From the human T2T-CHM13v2.0 reference genome, Homo sapiens, in NCBI RefSeq assembly GCF_009914755.1, contig NC_060926.1: a DNA stretch of 64,000 nt; one strand, 5' to 3'. The notes under the pieces are model-generated. The model made no database searches and was not told the DNA's origin. It saw only the letters and a list, made by a program, of their open reading frames with translations. Positions 1 through 13,306 of this stretch are shown here, piece by piece. The position numbers and the translations under genes are program-made. Within the stretch, counting starts at the first letter, position 1. The number at the start of each line of letters is the position of its first letter.

Positions 1-563
1 ATCTGCATTATTAATGTGATGGGATTATTATACTATCCTAATGTATTTGAATTTCTATTAATGTTTTCTCCATTAAATAAACAAATAAAAGTGGTTGAGA
101 AAGAGATGACATTTGTTTTAACTGTTCATTGTGGAATTTTTTTTCTAAAGCAGTGGTGGTTTGTTAAATACAAACTATTAAATGAATGATATTTCATGAG
201 AGGTTTTGAACCTAATTATAACAAATGTCATCATGTTCTTTATTAAAAGGATTTGAAAAATTTCTCAGCAGAAAAAAATTGATACCTAAATCCTTATGAT
301 ATTTAAATCATTCCATTAATTTAAAAATTATAAGTTGAATTGACAGTACACTTAATTTAAATTTATAATCAAATTGAGTTATTAATTGAATAACTTGCAG
401 TCCTATGGGACATACTTCTGTGTACCATTTTGTAAATCGTCTTGTTGAAAGAAATGGTTATGAAAAGTAGTATCAGTTAAATTAGAATGAAGATATTGTG
501 AGTGTGACACAATGGCTAATGTCAAACTTTAACAAAAGATCCTTCTTAAAAATAGTTGTTCTG

Positions 564-809
564 CAATGAGAACACATGGAAACAGGGAGGGGAACATCAT
601 ACTCCAGGGTGTGTTGGGGAGTCTGGGGCAAGGGGAGGGAGAACATTAGGCCAAATACCTAATGCACGTAGAGCTTAAAACCTAGATGATGGGTTGATAG
701 GCACAGCAAACCACCATGGTACATGTATACCTATGTAACAAACCATGTTCTGCACATGTATCCCAGAACTTAAAGTAAAATTTAAAATAAAAAACAAAAT
801 AAAAAAAAA
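564..809 (+). mobile_element. L1PA (L1PA8/PA10-like) 3' UTR fragment, 5'-truncated, with A-rich tail
   Basis: caatgagaacacatgga...aaaacctagatgatgggttgatagg...cacatgtatcccagaacttaaagta followed by an A-rich tail; matches the L1PA 3' end as I recall it. Confidence 0.92.
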
Positions 810-810
810 G

Positions 811-930
811 CGAGAGAAGAGAAGAAGACACAACTACAAAAGAGAAGTCCACGTGAGGGGAGTGTGGCCCTGCTAACATCTTGATTTCAGACTTCAGCCC
901 TTCAGAACTACAATAAACTTCTATAAGCCA
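811..930 (+). mobile_element. MLT1 (MLT1C/D-like) LTR fragment ending shortly after its AATAAA
   Basis: gtggccctgctaacatcttgatttcagacttc...agaactacaataaa...taagcca resembles the MLT1 3' half; AATAAA at 912-917. Confidence 0.7.
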
Positions 931-1262
931 AAGGAAAACAAAACAAAACAAAACGTTGTTTTGTTATTTTGAAATTTCAGAGATAATAATTTTTACATTT
1001 ATAAGGCTTTGCAATGATTTTCTTAAAGGGTGATACAAATATGATGTTATTTCAAATGTGAAAATGAATGATAAAATCCATTTCAATCATATTCTCATTT
1101 CACATATTTTTTGTTAAATGTTCATTTATTATTATGTTTAGTTGAGAAATAATGTAGTTTGGCTTCCATTACAGTATTTCTAAGATTACTATCAGAATTA
1201 ATGTTCCCATATTCCCAGTATTGGAAATTATAGATTCAATATTTTCATGAGCTACAAAATTA

Positions 1263-1309
1263 TTCTCTCTGTGTCTGGCTTTTCTCTGCCTCTCTGTCTC
1301 TCTCTGTCT
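1263..1309. repeat. degenerate (TC)n/(TCTG)n simple repeat
   Basis: ttctctctgtgtctggcttttctctgcctctctgtctctctctgtc. Confidence 0.55.
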
Positions 1310-4300
1310 TTAGCTTATAAAATTTATGCACTTTTAATATTATTATATTCTCTGGTTTCAGTCTTAATAGGACCATTAATCCAATTATTTTTGCAGTATA
1401 ATTTCAAGCACAATTTTTTGAATATATTTTAATACTTTATTGAAAATATATTGAATCAAGAACATGTGGGTTAGATGACAAATGAAAAAGAGATGCCACC
1501 ACAAGGTAGAGACCTGTATCTCTGAAGTATACAATTGATATCTTACAAGGAATTAATAGAATTGACTTTTTTTAAAATATTATGGGCATTAATCCCATAT
1601 CCAGACCCCATTAAAGAAACCCATAAATAGAGGAATGTTTAAATTTTGAAGTCTCTTGACTTGGCTCTTGGCTAGTAATTCAAGTTACTTTTTTCCCCCA
1701 CCAAAAATAGTGAAATTTAGATCCTAACATCACTCTAAAATTCAGTCAAAACAAATGAAATGTAACTTGTGCTCTTCTGAGGGCAGAAACATACAATTTA
1801 TGATATATTAATACAACAGAACTTTTGCAAATGAAGATATTTGCTCCATTTTATGAAAATTGTCTACACATTGCTACATACACACATACAGTATGCATTG
1901 CATGTCTAATGAGATTGGGATTATGTGTTGAATCTTACAGGTTTAAGAAAATAATCTATTTGAAGAATCCTTATATTAATAGATTTGTTTTCCTTGAAAG
2001 AAACACGAAATCTCAACTAAAGTATTCATGTACTTATTCTTGCATTTTGACTATGGACATATTCAGCTCTCTAGCTGGTTCTTGCTTTTAATTTGACTTT
2101 AGGACTTCAATAAAGAAAAGCGTAGGATTAGTTCAAAAAAATAGTACTTACCATTTCAAGCTTTTCTGTCTTTTATTAAGACTGACTTATGCTTGCTATG
2201 CATGCTATCAGCCAATATAAATGAGTTTCTTGCATTTAGATAACACTTTCTGGGCAGTCTGTTACTCAAATTTGTGGTTTGGTCTCTTATTCTTATTCAG
2301 AGTTTACCCTTTGGATACAATTGCCAATTATAGCTTCTGTTTTTCTTAAACACTAGTCATAATTACTCCTTTCCTATTTATCCTTCTTGATCTTGAAAGT
2401 CATTAATTTAAAACATAGGTTATAGATAATGTTTTGTAACTCAGAAATAATACTTATCGCTTCATGTAATTTAAAAATGAGTTATTAAAAGAGAAAACCA
2501 TAGCTTGAGTTTATTTTAAAAATATGGTACAAACATGGGATCTGTGAATAATGAAGGTCAGCTGCATTTCAATGTTCTTTTGTTGATATTAACTATTTTT
2601 GTTTATGGCAGTCTTAAAAGTGAAACTCAGATATTATTGATTCACTTTTATTCTAGGTAACACAGTTCCATCCCTTTATATCTAAAATATTAGTCTCCTA
2701 ACAATATACCACATTTAAGGATATCTGAATTCAACTTATTATTGGTCTTCAGAATAGAAATCATGTCCAGTCTATCAATGATACATTTCAACAATAATAA
2801 ATAATAAAATAACAGATATTTTCACACCCTCATTTTCAGGCTAGTGTTTGAAAATGACTGAAACTATGGCTTTTCTTTTGTAAATTGGACATAATAAAAA
2901 TATTGATATTGAGCTTTTCACAATCTGAAGTGTTAATTAATGTTTACTTTTTACTTGGATTTTAACATTAATGATTGGTTTGTTTAAAACCAAACAAAAC
3001 CAAACAAAACAATACAGCTGTCTGATTACTGAAAGCCTGTAAGGAGGGCATCAGGGTGAGCATGGAAGTACAGGGCCACAATCTGTTAATTTATGATCCT
3101 TAAGGGACATCAGCCAGTTGAAGTATTTTAGCTGTAAAATTCTTGGCAATTACTATTGCAGTGGATATAAGAATAACGAAGTGAAGTCTAGTGATAATTA
3201 TAATTCTTCCAGTGCATTACAGAAGAATGTCATATGGCTCCTGAAAAAATTACAACCAAGAATTTTTTAATGTATTTGGTTTTATCTGATGATGAAAACT
3301 TTACTCATTCAATTTTGATGAATCTTATATATATAAAAGCAATTATGTACATAAATTGGAGTTTAAAATAAACTAGACATAGTTTAGTGATGGTGGTAGT
3401 AATGGAATGATCTCAATAACAAGGTCTAAAATTCATTATCTTTCAATCTTCATAATTATTTTTTAAAGTTATAATTTTCATATATTTTCCATGATTATAT
3501 AGGCAATTAAGTTTGATTACTTTTCATATGTACCTGCATGCTCAATGCAGTTAATTCTGATATGACATCTGATTCATTGGCTTATGTATATCTGGTAAAT
3601 CATATACTATGAGATGTGGAGAATATAAAAAGAATAAAAATTACACTTTTGTTGGAACCAAGTCATATTTTTGCATATGTATATATACTAGTGTTTATGC
3701 AAAAAACAAAAAAATTAGTGCAAAATGTACTGTAGACTACTTACAACATGTTCTGAAAAATAAAATTATACATTAGTCTTAAAAATTGAATGATATGATG
3801 TAAATCTATTAAAAATGGGATGTACAAATACATATCACTTAATTTTTTCTAAGTAAAATGATGTAGCATTTAAATAACATTAAAAGTTAAAAAAAAAGAA
3901 GTGAATATGCTACTTGCACAAAACATGTAATCTTTATTACCATCAATAAATTCTCAATTTCCAAAGGTGTTAATGAACTCCTCACAGTACCTAACGCATA
4001 CCCCAAAATACTTTGTGTGTTCATTATTTGGTGATGATCATGATCATGATCTAGTGTACTGATGTTATTACTCTATAACATCTCAATGACATAAGATAAT
4101 AAAAATCAGAATAATTCTTATTAACATTGACACATTGCCAAAGTACCAAACTTACACCCGGGAGTAGTTTACAAATGATGAGCATCTGGATGGTTATGTA
4201 TTAAGCTCCCTCAGGTGAATGATTCGGTGCTTCCCATTACTCAGAATCACTTTTAAAGACATGACACCTGCTCCATAACAGTTTCAATACTAAAGACCAA

Positions 4301-4943
4301 CTTAGTGATTGACATAATCTGTGTTATAATGAAGCATAAAGACATTAGAAAATCCGGCAATTTCAAAATAGGAAATGAAGACATCACAGAATAGCAATTA
4401 CTTTTTATTGTCACTGTAGTTATTCAGATATACACATCTGAACATGGTTTACTATAATTTTTTGAAGAAATAATCATCCGTTCATTACCAGCCAGGATAA
4501 TTGAGTAAAGGAAGAGGTGTGACACCTACAAACGAGCACTTTCTGTCCTCTGGAGAGATTACCTTTCTCCTTGTGGACTTTATGTTTGTTTGACAAAACG
4601 ATAAACCTCATGCCTGTAATATAATGAGATTATCCAATTTCTCAAGCTAATGGGCATTATGCCCTATGTGTCCTGTAGGCCTCTCAAAATAGCTGTCAAG
4701 AGCACTCATTAGGATATTCCCCAATTTTTCTCTTCCAACATATGCATTTATGCAGTGTTGTACCTATTTATAATTTACATATAGCTCTCCAATTCAGGAA
4801 GTCATAATCTACTTCTTTCTTTTCTTTCCCCCCTTCAAATCTAGTTGATTCCCAAATGCTTCTCACATCTCTCCTTTACTCATCACTGACCACTGCTTAA
4901 TTCAGGACTTCACTGTATCTCACCACAAGAACAATATCTTTTT

Positions 4944-6150
4944 AAATATAGTTTCAACTTTTAGTTTAAAGGAGATACATGTGCAGATTTGTTTCATGGG
5001 TATATAGCATGATGCTGAGGTTTGGGGTATGGATCCTGCCACCCAGGTAGTGAGCATAATGTCCAACAAATAGTTTTACAACCCATTTTCCCACTTTCTT
5101 TCTCCTGCCGCTAGTAGTTCACAGTGTCTATTGTTCCCATCTTTATGTCCATGAGTACCTAAAGTTTAGCTCCCATTTATAAGTGAGAATATTTGGTATT
5201 AGGTTTTCTGTTCCTGAATTAATTCACTTAGGATAATGGCCTCCATTTGCATCCATGTTGCTGCAAAGGACATGATTTTGTTCTTTTTATGGCTGCATAG
5301 TATTCCATGGTGTATACGTACCACATTTTCTTTGTTCGGTCTACCATTGATGGGTATCTAGATTGATTTCATGCTTTTGCTATTGTGAATAGCATTGTGA
5401 TAAATATACGAATGCATGTGTCTTTTTGGTAGAATGATGTATTTTCCTTTGGGTATATACTGGATAATGGAGTTGTTGGTCGAATGGTAGCTCTACTTTA
5501 CATTCTTTGAGAAATCTCCAAATTGCTTTCCACAGTGGCTGAACTAATTTACAATGTATCAACAGTGTACAAGTGTTCCCTTTTCTCTACAGCCTCACCA
5601 GCATCTGTTATTTGACTTTTTAATAATAGCCACTCTGACTGGTGTAAGATGGTATCTTATTGTGATTTTAATTTGCATTTTTCTGATGATTAGGGATGAT
5701 GAGCATTTTATCTTATGTTGGTTGGCTGCTTGTTTGTCTTTTGAGAAGTGTTTGGTCATCCCTTTGCCTATTTTTCAGTAGGGTTATTTGTTTTTTGCTT
5801 GTTGATTTAAGTTTCTTACAGTTTTACAGTTATGGATATTATACCTTTGTCTGATGTATAGTTTGTGAATATTTTCTCTCATTCTGTAGGTTTTCTGTTT
5901 ACTCTGTTGATAGATTATTTTGCTGTGCAGAAGCTCTTTAATTACGTCCTTCTTGTTAATTTTGTTTTTGTTGCAATTGCTTTTGGGGACTTAGCCAAAA
6001 ATTTTTTACCAAGGCCTAGGTCAAGAAAGGTATTTCCCAGGTTTTCTTCTAGGATTTTTATAGCTTGAGGACTGACATTTTAATCTTTAATCTATCTTGA
6101 GTTAATTTTTATATATGGTGAAGCTGGGATCTAGTTTTATTCTTTCGTAT
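4944..6150 (-). mobile_element. L1 3' portion (L1PA16/17- or L1PB-like), 5'-truncated, with TSD
   Basis: Antisense L1 3' UTR and ORF2 C-terminus (ORF 5380-5562 LVQPLWKAIWRFLK); TSD aacaatatcttttt (4930-4943) / aacagtatcttttt (6151-6164). Confidence 0.92.
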
Positions 6151-6169
6151 AACAGTATCTTTTTTTAAA

Positions 6170-6770
6170 CATTTTTTCCTGACTCAAATCTTTCTCATTC
6201 TCTCTCTTTTTCTCATTCACCCTTTATATAATTTCAACATCCTTGTTAATCATAAGATATTCACAAATTATGTCTTTTTATAAACATCTTTATTATATGA
6301 CTCTTGCAAACCTTTCCAGATTCGTTGCAATGTCAGTTCACTCTCCTGCACTGTAGGCCGCTTGTGATTCCCTGAATTTGCCCTTTTTTTCCTTGCCTTT
6401 GTAGATTGCTGTTCACTCTCTTTGGATTGCAGATTGCTGTTTACTCTCTTTGCAGAAGCTTATGGTCATTTTAGTCTGTCAAATTCTTGTTTTTCCTCTA
6501 AAATATTATTTAATTGCTTCCCTTTCTGCAGAGCACTCCTTAATACCTGCAGATTTAGTTTATGGCACACCCTCTATACTCTCTTAGCACTTATTCTATT
6601 ACTTCATAGGGAAATACTCTAGATTCCAATTATTCTAAATTTCAATTATTTTCCTGCATATCTATCTTCTTTATCTTGTATGCTTCTTGAAGTGGGATAA
6701 TGTCTTGTTTATTTTTAAGATATCCAAATCCTTGATTTTTGTAAACAGTATTTTATTATTTTTTGAATGA
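6170..6770 (+). mobile_element. L2 relic; probably continues from ~4830-4925 and is interrupted by the L1
   Basis: Pyrimidine-rich L2-like motifs (ccttgcctttg...tgctgttc; cttcttgaag...tgtcttgtttat) ending in tgaatga. Confidence 0.5.
6401..6452. repeat. 28-bp-period tandem duplication
   Basis: gtagattgctgttcactctctttg (6401-6424) / gcagattgctgtttactctctttg (6429-6452). Confidence 0.85.
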
Positions 6771-8089
6771 GGCACATTTTGAGTAAAACATAAAGGAGGC
6801 AGTCTTGGGGTAAAAAGGCAATAACTTAATAGAAGAGCTCAATCAGCTTGTTGCAAACTACTCCTCAGTTACCAAGCCAGTTTCACCTAGTTTAGAATTT
6901 TATTATAGCAGCACAAAACATCAAGATGCCACTTTCCATATTGTTAAGCTGGGGCACACTGTGGGTCCAAGGAAACCAAATAAACCCCCAAATTGCATGA
7001 CTTAGTACACAGACGATTATTTCTTGCTCAGATAAAATTAAAGATAGGTGTTCTGAGGTTTTTCTTTTCAGTGACTCAGGATCCAGGTTCCCTCCATTTT
7101 GATGCTGTCAATTTAATATCTAACTTTCTAGAACTCAGTGACAAAAACAATTATTATTTAATTTTATATGTGAAAAAAATTGAGAGATTTTTACAGGTTG
7201 CGTTAGACCACTTACTAGTAAGTAAAAACTCAGGCAGTTTAGCATGAGAGTTCAGATACTCAGAATAATACATATCAAAAGACTTCTATTCATGCATATA
7301 TTCATATCTTTACATCTCTTATTTTTACTCATTTTTATCTACCAGTCTGAAAGCCCTTTGAGTGCAAAAGTTAGTCTTCAACTTCTCAGTACTTAGCACA
7401 AAACCTAATGAGTGGTCAATAAAATTAATTTAGATTCAAATTAATTTGTTTGGTGGCATTGCCATGGGAGTGCTAAGGGATGCTAAATAAATGGGAGAGG
7501 TACAGTTTTTTGCATGGATTTCCTAGCCTATTGAAAGAAACATAAAAATTATTAGTTTATAATTAAATGAACTGGGTATTGTACATTACATCCCAAATAA
7601 TTTTAGTATATTTCTACGCATGGTGAATTCATTCAGCTTAAAAAGTTTAAAAACTTTTGTTTTTGAAATTTTATGATTGGCAAAGTTATCTGATAATTGA
7701 AGTATAACATTGAAGTCAGGGAACTAACAAAACCTGCATAGAGTTCGCTGCTGAGGACTCAAAGAGCATTGTGATTAGGAAAACAATTTTTAAAAGCCTG
7801 AAAATTAAATGTACACACATGCACACATGCAATGCTTAAGTGAAACCTAAAATGGTTCAAAATCAATGGTCTTAATTGGCAGCCGATTCAACTACATTGC
7901 AGCCCAGAAATGTCTAGTTTCTATATTTAATAATACGAAGTTGCAATTATATAAACTCTGCCCAGTTTGTGTAACATTGAAGAAAAGGCAATATTTCCAG
8001 CTAGATTTTTATCTGTTGTAACTTTTGTCTATGATTTCTTAGACTTAATAAATATGCAAACTGATTAAAAATTAAAACCTTAGGCTTTA

Positions 8090-8409
<320 letters not shown>

Positions 8410-8419
8410 TTACAGTTAT

Positions 8420-8575
8420 GTCTCAGATTCTTGATTGTTGTTTTCATATCTTGAAACATGAGAAAATTAATAATTTCATGACATTGCCATTGTATGGATT
8501 AATGAAATATCTTATGTAAACACAGAACACATTCCTGACATATATTTATTAAGAGATAAAATAGTAGTAATTATT
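8420..8575 (+). mobile_element. MIR relic
   Basis: tttcatatcttgaaacatgagaaaattaata...ggattaatgaaata...tgtaaa...acacattcctgacata resembles the MIR core and 3' end. Confidence 0.6.
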
Positions 8576-8959
8576 TTTGTTACTAGGTAATAAACTATTT
8601 TTAGCACCAGTTGTTGTTTGTGTAATTTTAAAGATCTTTATTTAATCTTTTGCTTATTAATATTATTTAGTCCTTCATTGCTTTTAAAAGGAACAATGAA
8701 ACAATGACGATGCTGCTTCTTAAATGACCATCAACCCTGTTTCCTTATAGCACCACCAATAATGTTTTTCCTTATTCCTGTTGGCCTGGTACCTAAACTG
8801 AAGATTAACTAGAAAACAAAAGTGTACGGAGGAGCCACAGTATTACAATAAGAAAATAAACTGAAGAAGATTGCTATACCTTCACTATTGTAGATGCATT
8901 TAGCATTTACTTGATTTACTTTGTGGAAAATATTAAATATTTCTTATTAGATATTGTAA

Positions 8960-9180
8960 TGCTTTATAGTATAAAGTTATATATCTATACAAATATATAA
9001 ATAAATGTTACCAAATATTTTATATTATATATTTATATATATTTATATTATTTATAATATAAAATTTATATATAAATTTTATATTATAAATAATATAAAA
9101 TTTATATATTTTATATTATATATTTGTATTTTATATTAATATAAACCAAATAGTTTATATTAAATTATATATTCAAATAA
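8960..9180. repeat. AT-rich low-complexity tract containing a perfect 58-bp palindrome (9042-9099)
   Basis: Almost purely A/T; the two 29-bp arms were checked by hand as exact reverse complements. Confidence 0.9.
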
Positions 9181-11718
9181 TAGTAATACTGCTTAGTTAA
9201 TAATATTACAAACCATATCAGGCTTATTTTTAATTCCTTTACTTAGTTTATTAAAATTAAATTTATGTTTGCTATGACACACTAAATAAGAACTTATTTT
9301 TTTAGAAAACAAACACTTTTTCTCATTGGAATACACTATATGGATTTTTTAAATGTTTTTCTTAATTTTCATCCTTGGGCATTAATGAGACTCACAAATC
9401 ATAATGAGAACATGCATATCCTAATTTTGAAAATAGTAATGTTATATAAGGTAATACATCTTAATAGGTACAAATTATTGATACATTAATTGAATATATT
9501 TGTCTTCTATTTATAACCAATAAAAGTTCTTGGTTATAAATATGTTATGAAAACTATATTTTCATGACACAGAGGATACATGAACAAAAAGATTTGCAAT
9601 TCTTTGAAATGTTTTCAAGGAAAACTCAGAAAGAAGAAAAACAAAGAAGAATTTGCATTGGATTCCATTTTAACTTTTTTTTCAATTTTTTTAACATTAT
9701 AAAATTTCAGGGCTAAATAGTAAAATATTTTCTTGTAATTAACTTAAGTGGTGACTGACTATAAGTTGCCATGTGACCTAATGTATGGTTTTCTGTGTGG
9801 AAAAATAGTGAGAAAGAGGCAATAGGTTTTTCAAGTGAAAAGACGTTTATCATTGGGGAAAGAAAAGCTACCAAATTACAGGCAAAATATTATTACTCAG
9901 TTCTTTGTTGAAGAAAAGACCATCTTTCAAATTGATCATCTGTTATTGCAAGCATTAAAATAATATAACATATTTCTGAATTCAATCTTACATTCTAATT
10001 TCACATGATATTTAGGAAATAATGTACACTTATATGAACTAATCACTACTAATGAAACTGATGTGTCCTACAGAAAGTCTATTTGCAGGCACTTATTTCA
10101 GTTAGCTAATGTAGAGAGGCTGCATTTAGAATTAGCAATAGAATTTTGGATCTGGAAAACCAGTATTTTCTTCTTTTAATTTTGTTTATTATGATTTACT
10201 TTCTAGGCCTCATTGACAAATTACTTTAGAATGAACTTAATATTTATGGACTTGGATCCTAGATTGACAGAAATACTATAATTTCATTAGTGCAAAAAAA
10301 TTTCATTTTTACTTTTATATTTCATCAGGGAGCTACAATTTTTAAAAATCCACTGAAAAGTTGGGTTTTTGCTTCAGTAAGATGTTAGAGACAAAGGCTT
10401 CCTTGCCAAAAAGAAATAGAATTAATATCTTAGTTCGATTTCAGAATGAAAGTAGAGAAAAAATATCTTTGACATCAGACTATGGAAGGCTATTTTATCT
10501 CTATTCAATCTTATACATATTTGTGAGATGTAATAATTACAATGACAAGGGGGTTCACTCAACCCTTAAAGACTAGTGAACACAGAAACAGGAAAGATAA
10601 TAGAGAATTATCTATTAATACGGTTTCATGTAGAATGAAGAATTCATTGGTTTTCTAGGTAGGAATCTAGGCTAGAAACAAAAACACTAAAGAGTACCTA
10701 GGGGCAATGAGTGTGATTTAATGCAATCTTGTCAGAACATATGCAAGAGAATATTCAAATGTAATTATAGGTGTCATCTCTATTGAATCACAGTTTGCAG
10801 AATCCATTTGGAAAGCATTGCTAAGAATTTCTTTTATAAATTAAATGTTTCTGTCACTATCATAAAGAGAAAGTAAATATTAAGGAATAAGAAAAAACTT
10901 TCAATAGCAAGGCAACTTAAAATTCCAAGCTTTCTTCAAATTAATTATGCCTTTATTTGGACAAGACTGGATAAATAAACATAAAACAATAATTTTCCCT
11001 AAGAAATGAGTAGCAATTTGTTCATCAAAGACAGGCAATTTATTATATAGTATATTTAAAACATTTCAAAATTCAATTTGTTATGAATTAATTAGCAATT
11101 GTATACCACGTCTGAGTCTATGCAGAGGAAAATGGGGGAATTTAAACAAATTAAAAATGTATCTTTTGGTAAAAAATTAAGTACTTTCATATGATTAACC
11201 AGATTATTGAGTCTACAATATTTCTATCTTGAACAGTTCCACTTTTTATTTTATTTTAAAAAGAAAATTTAGTTAATCAGGTAGGAAGATGATGGTAATT
11301 AAACATAATTCAAATCCTGGAAATGGATAAATATAAAAATAAATTTCAGGCCAATCTGTAAATTGTCGAGGACTTTCTTGGAAGCAAAAATTTCATGAAC
11401 AGTAAACAGTAATATGTAAGAAAATTATGTTATGAAACTTCTGCTTTTGATTACTCAAACCGTATACAATTAACCAAAACCATCAAATGTTACGGGAAAT
11501 CCTAATTTCTTCTCACATACTTTCTTGAAAGAGTAAAAATTTTTCAAGAATTTTTCAGTAAAATATGTATAATCCCAACTCATTGAGCAATTACATGTAA
11601 TTTTTAAAAAATAACAAAACTTTTACCCTAAAATCCAGTTAATTCTCAAGAGTTTTCTCAGTATTTAACATGAATGAATTCACCATAAATGCTATTTATT
11701 ATGAATTCAATTACCATA

Positions 11719-12089
11719 TGTCTCCATCTGTTCAGCATGCAATAAAAAAAAATCACATATTCGGTGGCTTAAACAATAGACATTTATTTTCTCACAGTTC
11801 TGGAGGCCAGAAGTCTGAGATCAGGATGCTAGCCTTTTTAGGTTCCAGTGAGGGCCCACTTCCTAACTTGCAGACAACCACTTCTGTGCTATATCCTCAC
11901 ATGGCAAAGACAAAGTAAGCCTTCTGGTGTCTCTTTTCACAAGGACAGTCATCTCATTATGAGGGATCCACCCTTATGATCCCATCTTACCCTAACTTCT
12001 TCCCAGAAGACCTAGTTCCAAATACCACAACATCAATGGTTAAGGCTTCAACATACGAAATTTGGGAGAACACAATTCAGTCCATAACA
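11719..12089 (-). mobile_element. MaLR solo LTR (MLT1A0-like)
   Basis: ggcttaaacaatagacatttattttctcacagttctggaggccagaagtc...acacaattcagtccataaca; TG...CA ends; 5-bp TSD ccata/ctata. Confidence 0.9.
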
Positions 12090-12691
12090 CTATAACTTCC
12101 TCACACTGAGTAAATTGAAAGTTGAAAAAGGAGTCATTCATTTAATCTGTTCATTGTCCTCTTGATAATAAGGGGAATTAAAATAACCCATTGTTTTATA
12201 TATAGTATTTTACACTACAGTTGTTCTGTAATAAAGGAGAGGTCAAGGAGAGGCAAGTGCAAATGTGAGTGAGAGCTTGTCAATGAAAAAAGGACCATTT
12301 AGTTGGCTCTACTATAAAAATAAATATTTTTAGTAGCAAATTGACTTCAAAGAACAACATATTAAACATATTTGCTATTTGTTATAAAAGCAATTATCTG
12401 GTATTGAAAATATTTTTCTTAGTGGAGAATAAAAGCATACTCTTACTGGTATTGATAATATTTTCTTTAATTTTTACCAAAAGATTTTATCAGCAAACCC
12501 TATGTGTACGCACCTTAGACAGTATTAGACTGCAGTTTTAAGAAAGATAGTGCCAGTTTCATTTTGACCAGAAAAAAATAAAAACCTATGACATAATTAG
12601 TGTTTTATCAATAGTAATTTAGGTTTATGTCCTACTCGTTAGAAAGATATTTGCTTTAAACTTTTACATAGTATATATTTTAACTTTAGGC

Positions 12692-13306
12692 CATTATCAT
12701 CCAGTAGAAAAATACTGAAACCACATATGTAATTTTGAATTTTCTAAATATAATATTTCTTAAAAGCCAATAAAGGAGGTAGAATTATTTTTAATATATA
12801 ACATTTAAATAATATGTATTTAACATTATTTCAACATGCAATCCAAGATTATTGAAATAATTCATATATTCTTACATTAAGTCTACAAAATTCAAAATAC
12901 AGTGTCTATTTTACATTTACAGCAAATGGCATTTGAACTAGTCAAATTTTAAATACTCCTATTAACCATCTGCACCTCCCCGCTGGTAACCCTATTATTT
13001 GATAGTACAACACAGTCACTATAGTCAATAATAACTTAGTTGTATATTTTTAAATGACTTAAAATGTAACTGAATTATTTGTAACTCAAAGGATAAATGC
13101 TTGAGGGAATGAATATCCCATTCTCTATGATGTGCTTATTTCACATTGAGTGACTGTATCAAAACAACTCATGTATCCCATAAATATACACACCTACCAT
13201 GTACCCACAAACATTTAAAAAATGATTTAAAAATTAAACATAAAAAACAAAGTTTAAATGTTAAATAGCTATATTTGACTAGTGGCTGCTGCATTAGAAA
13301 ATACTG
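12692..13306. mobile_element. MER33 (hAT-Charlie) MITE, split by an L1MA insertion at ~12954-13250
   Basis: tccagtagaaa...ccacatatgtaattttgaattttcta...ttacatttacagca; resumes as aatagctatatttgactagtggctgctgcattagaaa. Confidence 0.75.
12954..13250 (+). mobile_element. L1MA (MA1-3-like) 3' end with a short inverted 5' segment
   Basis: tatttgatagtacaac...aaggataaatgcttgagg...tgtacccacaaa plus A-rich tail; 12961-12991 reverse-complements to the upstream 3' UTR motif ggttaccag...gatggttaat. Confidence 0.85.

Noticed and set aside
2987-3011. aaaaccaaac tandem repeat (also (AAAC)n at 14295-14312)
   Set aside because: Ordinary short A-rich microsatellites with no associated TSD or element body.
6960-7210. 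Possible ancient MLT1/LTR33-like fragment (also 36500-36960 and 58770-58940)
   Set aside because: Only faint motif resemblance; family and boundaries cannot be supported without a profile search.
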